Of a DNA stretch of 64,000 nt, positions 29,754 through 38,619 are shown in pieces. The notes below the pieces were generated by a model. The model was not told where the DNA came from, did no database searches, and was given only the letters and a program-made list of their open reading frames with translations. How positions within the stretch are numbered: the first letter of the stretch is position 1; the number at the start of each line of letters is the position of its first letter. A program made the position numbers and the translations under genes. Where the stretch lies: contig CAXXTH010000017.1 of assembly GCA_963668025.2 (NCBI GenBank), positions 640,001 through 704,000 of the forward strand. The letters are read 5' to 3'. The DNA comes from Candidatus Hydrogenedentota bacterium (GTDB taxonomy: Bacteria > Hydrogenedentota > Hydrogenedentia > Hydrogenedentales > SLHB01).

Positions 29754-30665
29754 GTGGGTCTCCGGATCAATACCAATGTAGCCGCCATCAACGCCGCGCG
29801 CACACTTCAAAAATCCACCCGCGCCCTCAATGTTAGCCTCGAACGTCTTTCTTCAGGGCTTCGTATAAATAGTGCTAAGGATGATGCGGCAGGATTAGCC
29901 ATTTCTGAGGGCTTGCGAACGGTCACCAAAGGTTCAATCGTAGCGCAGCGCAATGTACAAGACGGAATCAGCTTGCTGCAAACCGCGGAAGGCGCTCTGA
30001 CAGAAACCACCAACATGTTGCAGCGAATCCGTGAACTCGCTGTCCAAGCATCCAACGGCACGAATACGACAGATGATCGAGAAGCCATTCAAGCCGAAGT
30101 AGACCAGTTGATCGAACAGATCAATTCGGTTGCCAGGGATACGGAATTCAATGGCATCCGCCCCCTGGACCCTTCTAATACCTTGCAAACAGTGAACACT
30201 GCTCCTGTTTCCACCACCGGAAAGCTGACGCTTCAAGTGGGATTGCGGGAAGGCCAGACGATGCAAATCGATTTGAAAGCGGGAATGTCCGGGATTGGAG
30301 GGTCTTCCGCCGCCGCTCTTCCAGGTGCTGGAACCTTCACGACAATCGCCGATTTGACAACGACAGGCGTCTCTACCCAGGCGAATGCAAGTGAAGCCAT
30401 TACCGCCATCGATAGCGCGATTAGCTACATATCCGATTTACGGGCCCAATTTGGAGCGCAGCAAAACCGGCTCGAATACAACTTGGATACGTTAGCAATC
30501 CAGGAAGAAAACTCATCGGCTTCTGACAGCGCGCTGCGCGACGCCGATATCGCCCGCGAGACCACTAATTTCACCCGAAACCAAATCTTGGTGAGTTCAG
30601 GCACTTCAGTCCTCGCGCAATCGAACGTCATCCCGCAAACCGCATTACAATTGCTGGGACAATAA
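29754..30665 (+). CDS. fliC: Flagellin (solitary copy, 303 aa)
   Basis: GLRINTN, ERLSSGLRINSAKDDAAGL, QRIRELAVQ, RAQFGAQQNRL, RDADIA. GTG start. Confidence 0.97.
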   Translation: MGLRINTNVAAINAARTLQKSTRALNVSLERLSSGLRINSAKDDAAGLAISEGLRTVTKGSIVAQRNVQDGISLLQTAEGALTETTNMLQRIRELAVQASNGTNTTDDREAIQAEVDQLIEQINSVARDTEFNGIRPLDPSNTLQTVNTAPVSTTGKLTLQVGLREGQTMQIDLKAGMSGIGGSSAAALPGAGTFTTIADLTTTGVSTQANASEAITAIDSAISYISDLRAQFGAQQNRLEYNLDTLAIQEENSSASDSALRDADIARETTNFTRNQILVSSGTSVLAQSNVIPQTALQLLGQ

Positions 30666-30692
30666 CCAAAAACGGAACAGCACATATACAAG

Positions 30693-30721
30693 AAGGCCCC
30701 TGGAAGCACCAGGGGCCTTTT
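30693..30721 (+). terminator. Intrinsic terminator
   Basis: AAGGCCCCTGG-AAGCA-CCAGGGGCCTT followed by T residues. Confidence 0.8.
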
Positions 30722-30762
30722 ACATAAATAACCGATTCCGCATAGGTAGAAGACGAAAGGTT

Positions 30763-31212
30763 CTAAGCAAGCAGCGTTTTTAGTTCATCCATAAATTCAT
30801 TGAGATCACGGAATTCACGATACACCGAAGCGAACCGTACATACGCCACGCCGTCCAACCGTTTCAATCGGTCCATGACCGCCAAGCCTACTGTCTCCGT
30901 GGAGACTTCGTGTTCACTCGAATTGAATAGGGAGCGTTCCACATCATCAATAAGCGACTCGATCTGCTCCAAACTCACGGGGCGTTTTTCGCAGGATTTG
31001 AGAATGCCGCTTTTGATCTTCCAACGGTCGAAAGGCTCCCGCCTTCCGTCTTTTTTGATGACCATTTGGGCGACTTCTTCGATTCGCTCATACGTCGTGC
31101 AACGGCGGCCGCATTTAAGGCATTCCCGCCGCCTGCGAATGGAATCGCCTTCTTTTGACGCTCGAGAATCAACCACCTTGCTCTCGAGATGCCCGCAAAA
31201 TGGACAGCGCAT
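30763..31212 (-). CDS. nrdR: Transcriptional repressor NrdR
   Basis: MRCPFC...VVDSR...[18 protein letters not shown] cone [19 protein letters not shown]. Confidence 0.97.
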   Translation of the reverse strand: MRCPFCGHLESKVVDSRASKEGDSIRRRRECLKCGRRCTTYERIEEVAQMVIKKDGRREPFDRWKIKSGILKSCEKRPVSLEQIESLIDDVERSLFNSSEHEVSTETVGLAVMDRLKRLDGVAYVRFASVYREFRDLNEFMDELKTLLA

Positions 31213-31322
31213 TCTAGTGCCTGCTCCTGTTTCTCTCGCTCTAACACCACAATAGGTTCTAATCTAACGCGAGAAGTTTCTACATATTGTGCATCACACT
31301 CTAACAGACCTGTGCCTTGGGG

Positions 31323-31871
31323 TCAAGAAAAAAACGAAAGACTCGTTTGTCCATATCGGACGTTACGAACGCATTGAAATCCCGCCCTATCGAGGGGGGG
31401 CTCTTGCCGGGCGTCATGCTCGATGATGATGCATCCTTCCTGCGCCAACACGCCGCCCGCCTGGAGGGCATCCAGCAATGCGGGAAAATCCACCTGCTGA
31501 TAGGGCGGATCGGCAAATACAATGTCGAAAGAGGATTCCCGCCCGCCAATGAGGCCTATTAACCCGTTCGGAAGCGTTCCGGTGATGCAATGCCCTGAGG
31601 AGGCAACCTTTGCGCGCTCGAGGTTCTCATGAATGAGGGCGATGCTGCGCTTGTCATTATCGACAAACACGGACCTGGCGGCTCCACGGCTCAACGCCTC
31701 GATCCCATTGGCCCCTGTTCCTGCATATAAATCTAAAAAGCGGGCACCTGACATTCGAGGTGTTAGGATATTGAATAACGATTCCCGGACCCGGTCTAAC
31801 GTAGGGCGGACTTCTTCTCCTTTTGGCGTAGCGAGCCGGACGCCTCGGGCGGTTCCCGCAATGATCCGCAT
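31323..31871 (-). CDS. rsmD: 16S rRNA m2G966 methyltransferase
   Basis: MRIIAG..RG, RPT.DRVRESLFN, LDLYAGTG..GIEALSRGA, DPPY, YG.T. Confidence 0.95.
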   Translation of the reverse strand: MRIIAGTARGVRLATPKGEEVRPTLDRVRESLFNILTPRMSGARFLDLYAGTGANGIEALSRGAARSVFVDNDKRSIALIHENLERAKVASSGHCITGTLPNGLIGLIGGRESSFDIVFADPPYQQVDFPALLDALQAGGVLAQEGCIIIEHDARQEPPLDRAGFQCVRNVRYGQTSLSFFS

Positions 31872-32083
31872 AGCTACCCCCGATTCCGCATATTCCCACG
31901 GCAAGGGCGCTAAGCCCGCGCGACATGGGCAAGAAGACCTGTGAGATGATCAGTGCTGGCAACGGGCTCGGCGCTTACCGAACCGACGATATCCTCGAAA
32001 TTCTATTGTGGACAACCTTCCGCCAGGAGGGCTCCGATATGCGATTTTCCCTTATTCCACCGCAAAAATCACGCAAAGCGGGC

Positions 32084-32103
32084 TGTGGATAACTTGTGGA
32101 TAA
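32084..32103. promoter_or_regulatory. Two tandem perfect DnaA boxes (plus a near-match at 32007-32015)
   Basis: TGTGGATAA at 32084-32092 and 32095-32103 (reverse complement TTATCCACA). TGTGGACAA at 32007-32015. Confidence 0.65.
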
Positions 32104-32206
32104 CTTGCTCATCCGCACACTCCGCAGAACTCGCAGTTTCCGCTTTTTTGGCCAGATAGTCAGGCACCTGCATTCCCTGATTCTCGAATGCCACGCGCGG
32201 TGCGAA

Positions 32207-33736
32207 TCAATGTTGTGTGCCTGCCGCGCGGGCGGTCTTAATCGTATCAAGACGCGGAATAGAGTATGTGCCCATAATCATTTGATCCACCAAGCTCTGC
32301 TCGGTGGCGTATTCCTGGGCATGCTCGACCGAGATGCTGCCTTTTCGATATAAGCGGTGCAAGTATTCCTCGAACAAGAACGAATGCGAGACCGATTGTT
32401 GCATGCCGATGCGCATGGCGTCCGTATCACCTGCCACAATGGCGTCATTTATGGGTTTGATATCGTTGAACATGAATTCGAGCGCGGGAACCCGGCCGCC
32501 GCCGACTCGAGGCACCAGGCGCTGGCAGATGACGCAGCGCATGCAGTCGCGCAATTGGAGCTTGACGAGGTCGCGCTCGACAGGATCGAAGAAGCTGATG
32601 ATGCGGTTGACGACCTCGGACGCCGTGTTGGCGTGGAGCGTGCTGATGACGAGGTGGCCGGTGGCTGCGGCATTGATGGCGGCGCGAATGGTGTCGGGAT
32701 CGCGCATTTCACCGATGACGATAACATCGGGGTCGTGGCGCAACGCGCCGGTGACCGCATCGCGGAAATCGATCACATCCTTGCCTGTATTGCGCTGGGA
32801 GATCACGGCGCGTTTGTTCCGATGCACATACTCGATGGGATTTTCGATGGTTAAGATATGCACGTTCTTCGTGGAGTTGATCCAATCCACCAGGGCGGCG
32901 ACGGTCGTGGATTTGCCGCTGCCCGTCATGCCGGTCACCAGCAAAAGCCCCCGGTGCATTTCGCCGAGTTTTTTCATAGTGTCCGTCGGGATATTGAGTT
33001 CTTCGAAGGAGGGTATGATTTCAGGAAGAAAGCGGAATGTGATATGCGGAGCGCCCTGCTTCATGAACGCGGAAACGCGGGAATATCCAAGGCCTACTTG
33101 GTGGAAATTAAAACTCGTCTGCATCGTCTCATGGAATTCTTTCCATTCGACTTCCGCCGTAATCCGCTGGATAAGGTCTAGGATTTGCACGGCGGAAATA
33201 TCGCCGATAAGTTCGGAATTGCGGATGTCGTTATCCACACGAAATACGGGAGGCTGGCCCGGGCATAGATGGACATCGCTTGCTTTATATTGGAGCATGG
33301 CCAAAAAGAGCAACTCGACGCTGATGGGTTCGACGCGATAATCTTCCCCATGCACGCGCCAGATTTCCGGGAGCGCCAAGGCGCTCGAGAACGTCTCGAT
33401 GGCGGCGCCAATGCGTTTTTCATCGGAAGCGTCTTTGCCTGCGCCAGGGCATTCGAATATGCGCCATTCGTTATCCGGCAGGAATGTGCAGACATCCGCA
33501 TACTGTTCCACGATGGGCTTTAGCTGTTCATCTAGTTCTTTGCTGGCCAGGACGCGCAACTGGTACCACTCGAATGGCCCCTTGAATTGTGGCCGGGTGG
33601 CGGTGATCTCCGCAGTAGCGCCGTGTGCGATGATTTTGCGTGGAAAGCCTTCCACCTTGCCCAATATCTCGAGGCTAAGGGAGATAATCTCCCGGACGCT
33701 TTTCTTGGTTCCCATGCCGAGAATATGCTCTGCCAT
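32207..33736 (-). CDS. PilT/PilU-family ATPase with an N-terminal extension
   Basis: ASDVHL, GMTGSGKSTT, TIENPIEY, ALRHDPDVIVIGEMRD, TGHLVISTLH. Confidence 0.9.
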   Translation of the reverse strand: MAEHILGMGTKKSVREIISLSLEILGKVEGFPRKIIAHGATAEITATRPQFKGPFEWYQLRVLASKELDEQLKPIVEQYADVCTFLPDNEWRIFECPGAGKDASDEKRIGAAIETFSSALALPEIWRVHGEDYRVEPISVELLFLAMLQYKASDVHLCPGQPPVFRVDNDIRNSELIGDISAVQILDLIQRITAEVEWKEFHETMQTSFNFHQVGLGYSRVSAFMKQGAPHITFRFLPEIIPSFEELNIPTDTMKKLGEMHRGLLLVTGMTGSGKSTTVAALVDWINSTKNVHILTIENPIEYVHRNKRAVISQRNTGKDVIDFRDAVTGALRHDPDVIVIGEMRDPDTIRAAINAAATGHLVISTLHANTASEVVNRIISFFDPVERDLVKLQLRDCMRCVICQRLVPRVGGGRVPALEFMFNDIKPINDAIVAGDTDAMRIGMQQSVSHSFLFEEYLHRLYRKGSISVEHAQEYATEQSLVDQMIMGTYSIPRLDTIKTARAAGTQH

Positions 33737-33785
33737 CGCGCCTCCCCTTTTGCAGCCTCGCTCGCGCCCTATCGAACATTACCCA

Positions 33786-36353
33786 TTACTTCTTAATCGT
33801 AACCTTCTCTCCCACCTTGATGACATGCTTCTTATCCCAGGCGTTCCACTGGGTCAAATCGGCTACTTTAACTCCATACTGCTTGGCGATGCCCGAGGGC
33901 GTGTCGCCAGCGGCTACGATATGAACCGCGGAAGCGGGAGAGGCCTCTGCCTTGCTTGGTTCTGCCTTGCTTGGTTCTGCCTTGCTTGGTTCTGCCTTGC
34001 TTGGTTCTGCCTTGCTTGGTTCCGCCTTGCTTGGTTCCGCCTTGCTTGGTTCCGCCTTGCTTGGTTCCGCTGCGGGCGCTGTTTCGGAAGCGCCGCCCTG
34101 AAGGGCATATGCATCTCCTACTTTGAGCACTTTCTTGGCGTCCCAGCCATTCCACTTACAGAGGTCTTCGACGCTTACGCCATGCTTCTTCGCAATGGTC
34201 CACGCGCTTTCACCCGAGGCAACCTGGAAAGCCCCTTCTTTCTTCGATACGGGTTCCGCTTTTTCTTTCTTCTCCGGTTCTTGCGCCGCAGGCGAAGCCG
34301 CCGATTTCGGATCAGAAACGTAATACTCTTTGCCTGCTTGGATGTTCGAGGAACGGGCCAGCCCGTTCCAAGCCAAAAAGTCGGAGGTTTTGATGTTGTA
34401 TTTTTGCGCGATGCAGCCCGGAGTCTCTCCGGAAGCGACTTTGTGCATCTGGGTGGATGAAGATGAAGCGGGAGTCGATTTCTCGACGGAAGCCGTTTGT
34501 ATCTCGTCCGGTTTAGGTGTTTCGGGTGCGGCGGCAGGAGCCGCATACACCACCAGTTTATCGTTCGCCCGAATGACGGATTTATTGGTCATGTTGTTCC
34601 ATTTGAGCAACTCATCCACGGATACGCCATATTTCGCGGCAATGGTGCCGGGGAATTCGCCTGCTTTCACGACATGCAACCGCTTTTCTTGCCCGGCGGA
34701 AGCGGATTTTTTCTCTTGCGTATCGCTTGGAGGGGCGACGCGCAATTCCTGGTTCACTTGGATATTGTGATCATCCAAGCCATTCCATTGCTTCAGGTCG
34801 CCCGTGGAAATATCGTATTTATCGGCAATTTTGGAAAGGGTGTCGCCTTTTCGGACCTGATGGATATCCACGCCTTTTGCGGAAGCCAGCTCGACTTCTT
34901 CGGGGGCATCGCCATCTTTCCCCGGGATTGTGAGCGTTTTGCCTGCCGCCAGATTCTTTGACGAACGCAATTGATTGGTTTTCATCAAATCTTTGAGCGG
35001 CACACGGAACCGGGAGGCGATGCCGGCCAGCGTGTCTCCCCGGCGCACTTTGTACTTCATGGTCGATTGGGTCGAACGGCTTGTGGTGACGCTCGATTCG
35101 TCGTCAATCGAAGCCAGCGCGACGCCGCCGCGTTCTTCGGGGATTTCACTCAATGCGGTAATCAGGCGTGCATTCGCCTCTCCCGGAACCGCCAGGGCGA
35201 ATTCGCCCGAAGGGGGAGTCACGCCGCGTACGAGATCCGGGTTGAGGCTTTTCAGGGTGTCATCGGGAAGCCCGCACGCCTTTTCGAGCTTGGCGAGGGA
35301 ATACATGCCTTTGACCGGCACGCGGAGATATTGATCGGGCGGCTGGGGATTGACCTCGAAACCGTAGCGTTCTGGGCTGCTCGCCACTACGACGCTAGCC
35401 ACCAGCTTGGGGAAAAATTTTTGCGTCTCGCGCTGCATCCGGTCGGCGGCGGGGCCCTCGAGGATCTTCCACAAATCCTTCTCCCCTCCCGCCATGGCGA
35501 CGGTGCGCTCCATGCCGTATTCGCCGCAATTGTAAGCCGAAATGGCCAGCGGCCACTCGCCAAACATCTGGTATAAGTCTTTCAGATAGGTGACCGCCGC
35601 ATCGGTGGCTTTTTCCCAATTCCGGCGCTCATCCACATAATTATCGACACGCAAGCCGTAGCGGCGTCCGGTGGCGGGCATAAATTGCCACATGCCCACC
35701 GCGCCTGCGGTAGACTTTGCTTGATTCTTAAATTGGCTTTCGACCATGGCCAGCCAGACTAAGTCTTGCGGCAGACCGGCCTCGGCCAGTTTATGGCGCA
35801 CCATGGGCGCATATTTGAAGCTGCGATCAAGACCTGATTGATATCCATTCCGATAGACTTCTTGGATCTCTTCGATCTCGGCGATAATGCGTTCGTTCAG
35901 TGGAAATGGAATCGGCAGATCCCCCACCACGCCCGTGTCGGACATGGCGACATCGCTATATTCACGAGGGCGGCCTTTTTCGAGAATATAGGCCTGCTGC
36001 GTCGTGTTATCTAGTATGCGGCCGAATTCGTTACGCAGATTATAAAAAATGACGGGATCAGGATCGGCCTCGATGAGGAGCTCGAGCATCTGCTTGTAGT
36101 TGCGCAAAGCGGCTTCGGTATCCCCGGATTCCTGGGCTTTATTGCCTTCCTGGAAGGCCCGGTCGGCAGCGCGCAACAGCTCCGTGGTGGAACGAGGCTT
36201 TGCGGGTTCTAAATTGGCTGTTTTAACTTGAGGAGTTGGAAGTGGAGTGAAACGGTGTGTCTTGGCTTGCTGAGGGGTCGAGGCGCAACCGGCCACGGCG
36301 ATAATAGACCCCACGGCAAACAGACGAGTGCATAATCCGAATACGCTCTTCAC
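33786..36353 (-). CDS. Membrane-bound lytic transglycosylase (MltD-like) with six LysM domains
   Basis: Lipobox VAGC. SLT motifs MVES, AVGMWQFM, SAYNCG. Six LysM repeats (V..GD/E..S.IA.KY). Confidence 0.92.
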   Translation of the reverse strand: MKSVFGLCTRLFAVGSIIAVAGCASTPQQAKTHRFTPLPTPQVKTANLEPAKPRSTTELLRAADRAFQEGNKAQESGDTEAALRNYKQMLELLIEADPDPVIFYNLRNEFGRILDNTTQQAYILEKGRPREYSDVAMSDTGVVGDLPIPFPLNERIIAEIEEIQEVYRNGYQSGLDRSFKYAPMVRHKLAEAGLPQDLVWLAMVESQFKNQAKSTAGAVGMWQFMPATGRRYGLRVDNYVDERRNWEKATDAAVTYLKDLYQMFGEWPLAISAYNCGEYGMERTVAMAGGEKDLWKILEGPAADRMQRETQKFFPKLVASVVVASSPERYGFEVNPQPPDQYLRVPVKGMYSLAKLEKACGLPDDTLKSLNPDLVRGVTPPSGEFALAVPGEANARLITALSEIPEERGGVALASIDDESSVTTSRSTQSTMKYKVRRGDTLAGIASRFRVPLKDLMKTNQLRSSKNLAAGKTLTIPGKDGDAPEEVELASAKGVDIHQVRKGDTLSKIADKYDISTGDLKQWNGLDDHNIQVNQELRVAPPSDTQEKKSASAGQEKRLHVVKAGEFPGTIAAKYGVSVDELLKWNNMTNKSVIRANDKLVVYAAPAAAPETPKPDEIQTASVEKSTPASSSSTQMHKVASGETPGCIAQKYNIKTSDFLAWNGLARSSNIQAGKEYYVSDPKSAASPAAQEPEKKEKAEPVSKKEGAFQVASGESAWTIAKKHGVSVEDLCKWNGWDAKKVLKVGDAYALQGGASETAPAAEPSKAEPSKAEPSKAEPSKAEPSKAEPSKAEPSKAEPSKAEASPASAVHIVAAGDTPSGIAKQYGVKVADLTQWNAWDKKHVIKVGEKVTIKK
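33951..34070. repeat. 15-bp tandem repeat x8 encoding (AEPSK)8 linker
   Basis: CTTGCTTGGTTC(T/C)GC repeated eight times in frame inside the LysM protein. Confidence 0.95.
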
Positions 36354-36428
36354 TGGGCAAATACCTCCCGAAACGCTACAGGCTCTTGTGTTCTGTTGTC
36401 AGAAACAACAAGATGTTCCTGATTACGT

Positions 36429-36457
36429 AGTGTAAACATCAATCTGTGGTGTGTCAA
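36429..36457 (-). promoter_or_regulatory. Sigma70-type promoter of the transglycosylase gene
   Basis: TTGACA-N17-TACACT. Confidence 0.6.
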
Positions 36458-36592
36458 GGATTATCCCTGCTAGATGCGGTATATGACACACTCGTGGACC
36501 CCCGTGCGCGGTCCATTATGAACCCCAACTACGGTATATAACGCTTATTACACGTAAAAAAGCGACTTCCCCTTTTCCTCCAAAACGTATGT

Positions 36593-37471
36593 TTACTTAG
36601 GCGCTTTCATGCGCCATATAGCAGACTTGCCTTCAGCTCCTTGCCGTTTCGTAAAATAAATGTAGTCCTCCCGGCTCCAGGAGGGTTGCATTTCATCCGC
36701 CGGGTCCGCTGTCAATTGGCGCACGCTACCGCCCGTGGCGTCCATCACGTACAAGTCTAAATTGCCTGTGCGTTTCGTGGCAAAAATAATCTGGCTGCCA
36801 TCTGGGGAAAAACTGGGATTGATGTCGTCGCCCGGGCTGGAGGTGAGCTGGGTTTGCATGCTGCCGTCGGCATTCATGATCCATATTTCATTATCTTTGG
36901 TGCGGCGCGATACGAATACAATTCTTTTGCCGTCGGGACTGAACCGAGGTTCATCCCCATCCGCCAAAATAATGCCCGGAGCCAGCGACGCATCGTCCTG
37001 GAATACGATGCGCATATCATGGCGTATCAAGTTGCGGGCCACGGCGCGGGCAAAGAGGAGGCCTTTGCCCTTGGGCGCATAGGAGGGAAACTCCTCCATG
37101 CCTTTTTGGTCTGAAAGCTGAAGGTATCCCGAACGGCCCTTGGCGCTCACCTCGTATATATCGCCGCCGCCTGTGCGTTTGGAGGAAAAGAGGATCTTCG
37201 AGTTATCCGGCGACCAACTGGGATAGCGGTCGTCTTTTGGGCTTTCCGTCACTTGATAGGTGCCGCCGGTCCGATAGTCAAAGATATAGATGTCGTGATT
37301 GCCTGTCTGGTCGCTCGCAAAAGCCAGCATATTTCCATCCGGCGAGATCATGGGGTCCACCTCGCGGTGTACGCCCGATGTCATTTGCCGGGGCTCCTGG
37401 CCCAAGGCGTGGATGGAGCACAGTAAGCCGCCTATCATAGCGGCTATAAAAACGTATGGCGCTCGGTTCAT
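36593..37471 (-). CDS. Secreted TolB-like PD40 beta-propeller protein
   Basis: Signal peptide, repeated P.[FW]SPDG..I.F.S.R.G..DIY motifs. Confidence 0.88.
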   Translation of the reverse strand: MNRAPYVFIAAMIGGLLCSIHALGQEPRQMTSGVHREVDPMISPDGNMLAFASDQTGNHDIYIFDYRTGGTYQVTESPKDDRYPSWSPDNSKILFSSKRTGGGDIYEVSAKGRSGYLQLSDQKGMEEFPSYAPKGKGLLFARAVARNLIRHDMRIVFQDDASLAPGIILADGDEPRFSPDGKRIVFVSRRTKDNEIWIMNADGSMQTQLTSSPGDDINPSFSPDGSQIIFATKRTGNLDLYVMDATGGSVRQLTADPADEMQPSWSREDYIYFTKRQGAEGKSAIWRMKAPK

Positions 37472-37514
37472 GACAGCCCTCCGATCTTCAGGCCGGATAC
37501 TTCATCAACTTAAG

Positions 37515-37543
37515 AGGGTAGCAAGCAAGCGCTTCTCTGTCAA
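37515..37543 (-). promoter_or_regulatory. Sigma70-type promoter of the TolB-like gene
   Basis: TTGACA-N17-TACCCT with an extended TG. Confidence 0.5.
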
Positions 37544-37852
37544 GCTTTCCTTTCGAGAAAAATCTTGCCGTGCGTGCGGCGCCATCTGCACGTGCGGTGT
37601 CCTCATTGCATTCACCCGCTGGATACAGAAACCGCATGGGCGTATCGAGCAAGCAGCGCAGGCTCGATGGCCGTTTTTTTGGGGGCGGTATGGCCATGCG
37701 CTGATTAGCCAAGTGGAGAACAACAAAAAGGCGGTTGATGAAACGCATGTAACGTTGCGCAACTATGCAAATTTGCAAGTCCGAATGGAACGCTAATCAG
37801 AAAAAATAATATAAATCTTTATAAAAAAAGACGTTATATAAAATATGGTTCG

Positions 37853-37868
37853 TGGCACAACATTTGCT
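37853..37868 (+). promoter_or_regulatory. Sigma54 (-24/-12) promoter 1
   Basis: TGGCAC-AACAT-TTGCT consensus match. AT-rich IHF-like tract and palindromes upstream. Confidence 0.8.
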
Positions 37869-37879
37869 TACTTACCGGT

Positions 37880-38035
37880 AGGGTAGAATAGTTGTCCCTC
37901 CCTCTCCTCGTTCTAGGAGCCAGCCCCCCTGATGGCTTCTAGGCAAGTGAGCGCAAGCTTGCTTTTTGGAGAGTTCTTGAGCCAGGCGGGGTACGCCTCG
38001 ATGTTATCGAGCGATACCCCGCCTTGGTTCTTATA
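37880..38035 (+). ncRNA. Candidate sigma54-dependent small RNA
   Basis: No ORF or RBS after promoter 1. CU-rich 5' stretch, three hairpins (C-rich loop, GCAA tetraloop, long GC-rich 3' stem). Confidence 0.55.
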
Positions 38036-38175
38036 TGGACCCGCCAATACGTAACGTTACATGTGTTGCGCAACGCTTCTGAACGTTACCTCTCATTTGA
38101 CGTCTTCTCCTACTTTCAAAAGGCTACACTCGTAAATCCTTATAAAAAAGCGTTTTACGTATCAATATGCCGGAT

Positions 38176-38191
38176 TGGCACACATCATGCT
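38176..38191 (+). promoter_or_regulatory. Sigma54 (-24/-12) promoter 2
   Basis: TGGCAC-ACATC-ATGCT with correct GG-N10-GC spacing, upstream of the thioredoxin/MMPL genes. Confidence 0.65.
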
Positions 38192-38237
38192 TTAGTTATA
38201 TTGAAAGCCGGATACCAACTCGATGTATAGGTGAAAT

Positions 38238-38558
38238 GTGTTGCTTCTTGAGGAATGGACGGAAACCATATTGGCGCGCATGTTGTGCGAGCCTCGGTTG
38301 GTAATGGTGGAATTTTTCGCCCACTGGTGCGCGCAAAGCGCGGCGCAAGAGCCGGTCATGCGCGCGCTGGCCCAGAAGTGGAGCGGGCAAAGCGTTTTCG
38401 GTCGGGTAGAGGTCGAACGCTGGCCCGGGGCGATGGAGCGCCACCATGTATCGAGCATTCCGACATTGATTATTTTTAAAAACGGGGAAGAGTTGAGCCG
38501 GTTTGTCGGCGTTCAGCCCCAAGACACGCTGGAGGCCGCATTACGGTCTTGCATGTGA
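38238..38558 (+). CDS. Thioredoxin-fold protein with an atypical WCAQS site
   Basis: VMVEFFAHWCAQS, V.SIPTLIIFKNGE...RFVG. The resolving Cys is replaced by Ser. Confidence 0.75.
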   Translation: MLLLEEWTETILARMLCEPRLVMVEFFAHWCAQSAAQEPVMRALAQKWSGQSVFGRVEVERWPGAMERHHVSSIPTLIIFKNGEELSRFVGVQPQDTLEAALRSCM

Positions 38559-38619
38559 ACCAACTGGCGGATAGGGCAGCATCGCCTTTCGGGCGAGCCA
38601 TCCAAGAAGGAGAGTGAAC

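Noticed and set aside
32007-32103. Replication origin (oriC)
   Set aside because: Only two or three boxes, no evident AT-rich unwinding element, and no dnaA/dnaN/gidA context. Kept as a regulatory cluster.
33951-34070. CRISPR array
   Set aside because: Head-to-tail 15-bp units with no spacers, in frame within a CDS, and no cas genes.
32304-34460. Long plus-strand ORFs (345 aa, and 353 aa with AWFCL repeats)
   Set aside because: Antisense shadows of the PilT-like and LysM genes. The repeat is the reverse reading of (AEPSK)8.
37488-37796. Short ORFs between the TolB-like gene and the sigma54 promoter
   Set aside because: They overlap predicted promoter and enhancer elements and lack motifs or an RBS.
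38232-38234. Selenocysteine recoding of the in-frame TGA upstream of the thioredoxin
   Set aside because: The TGA is far from the redox motif and I saw no SECIS-like hairpin just downstream.
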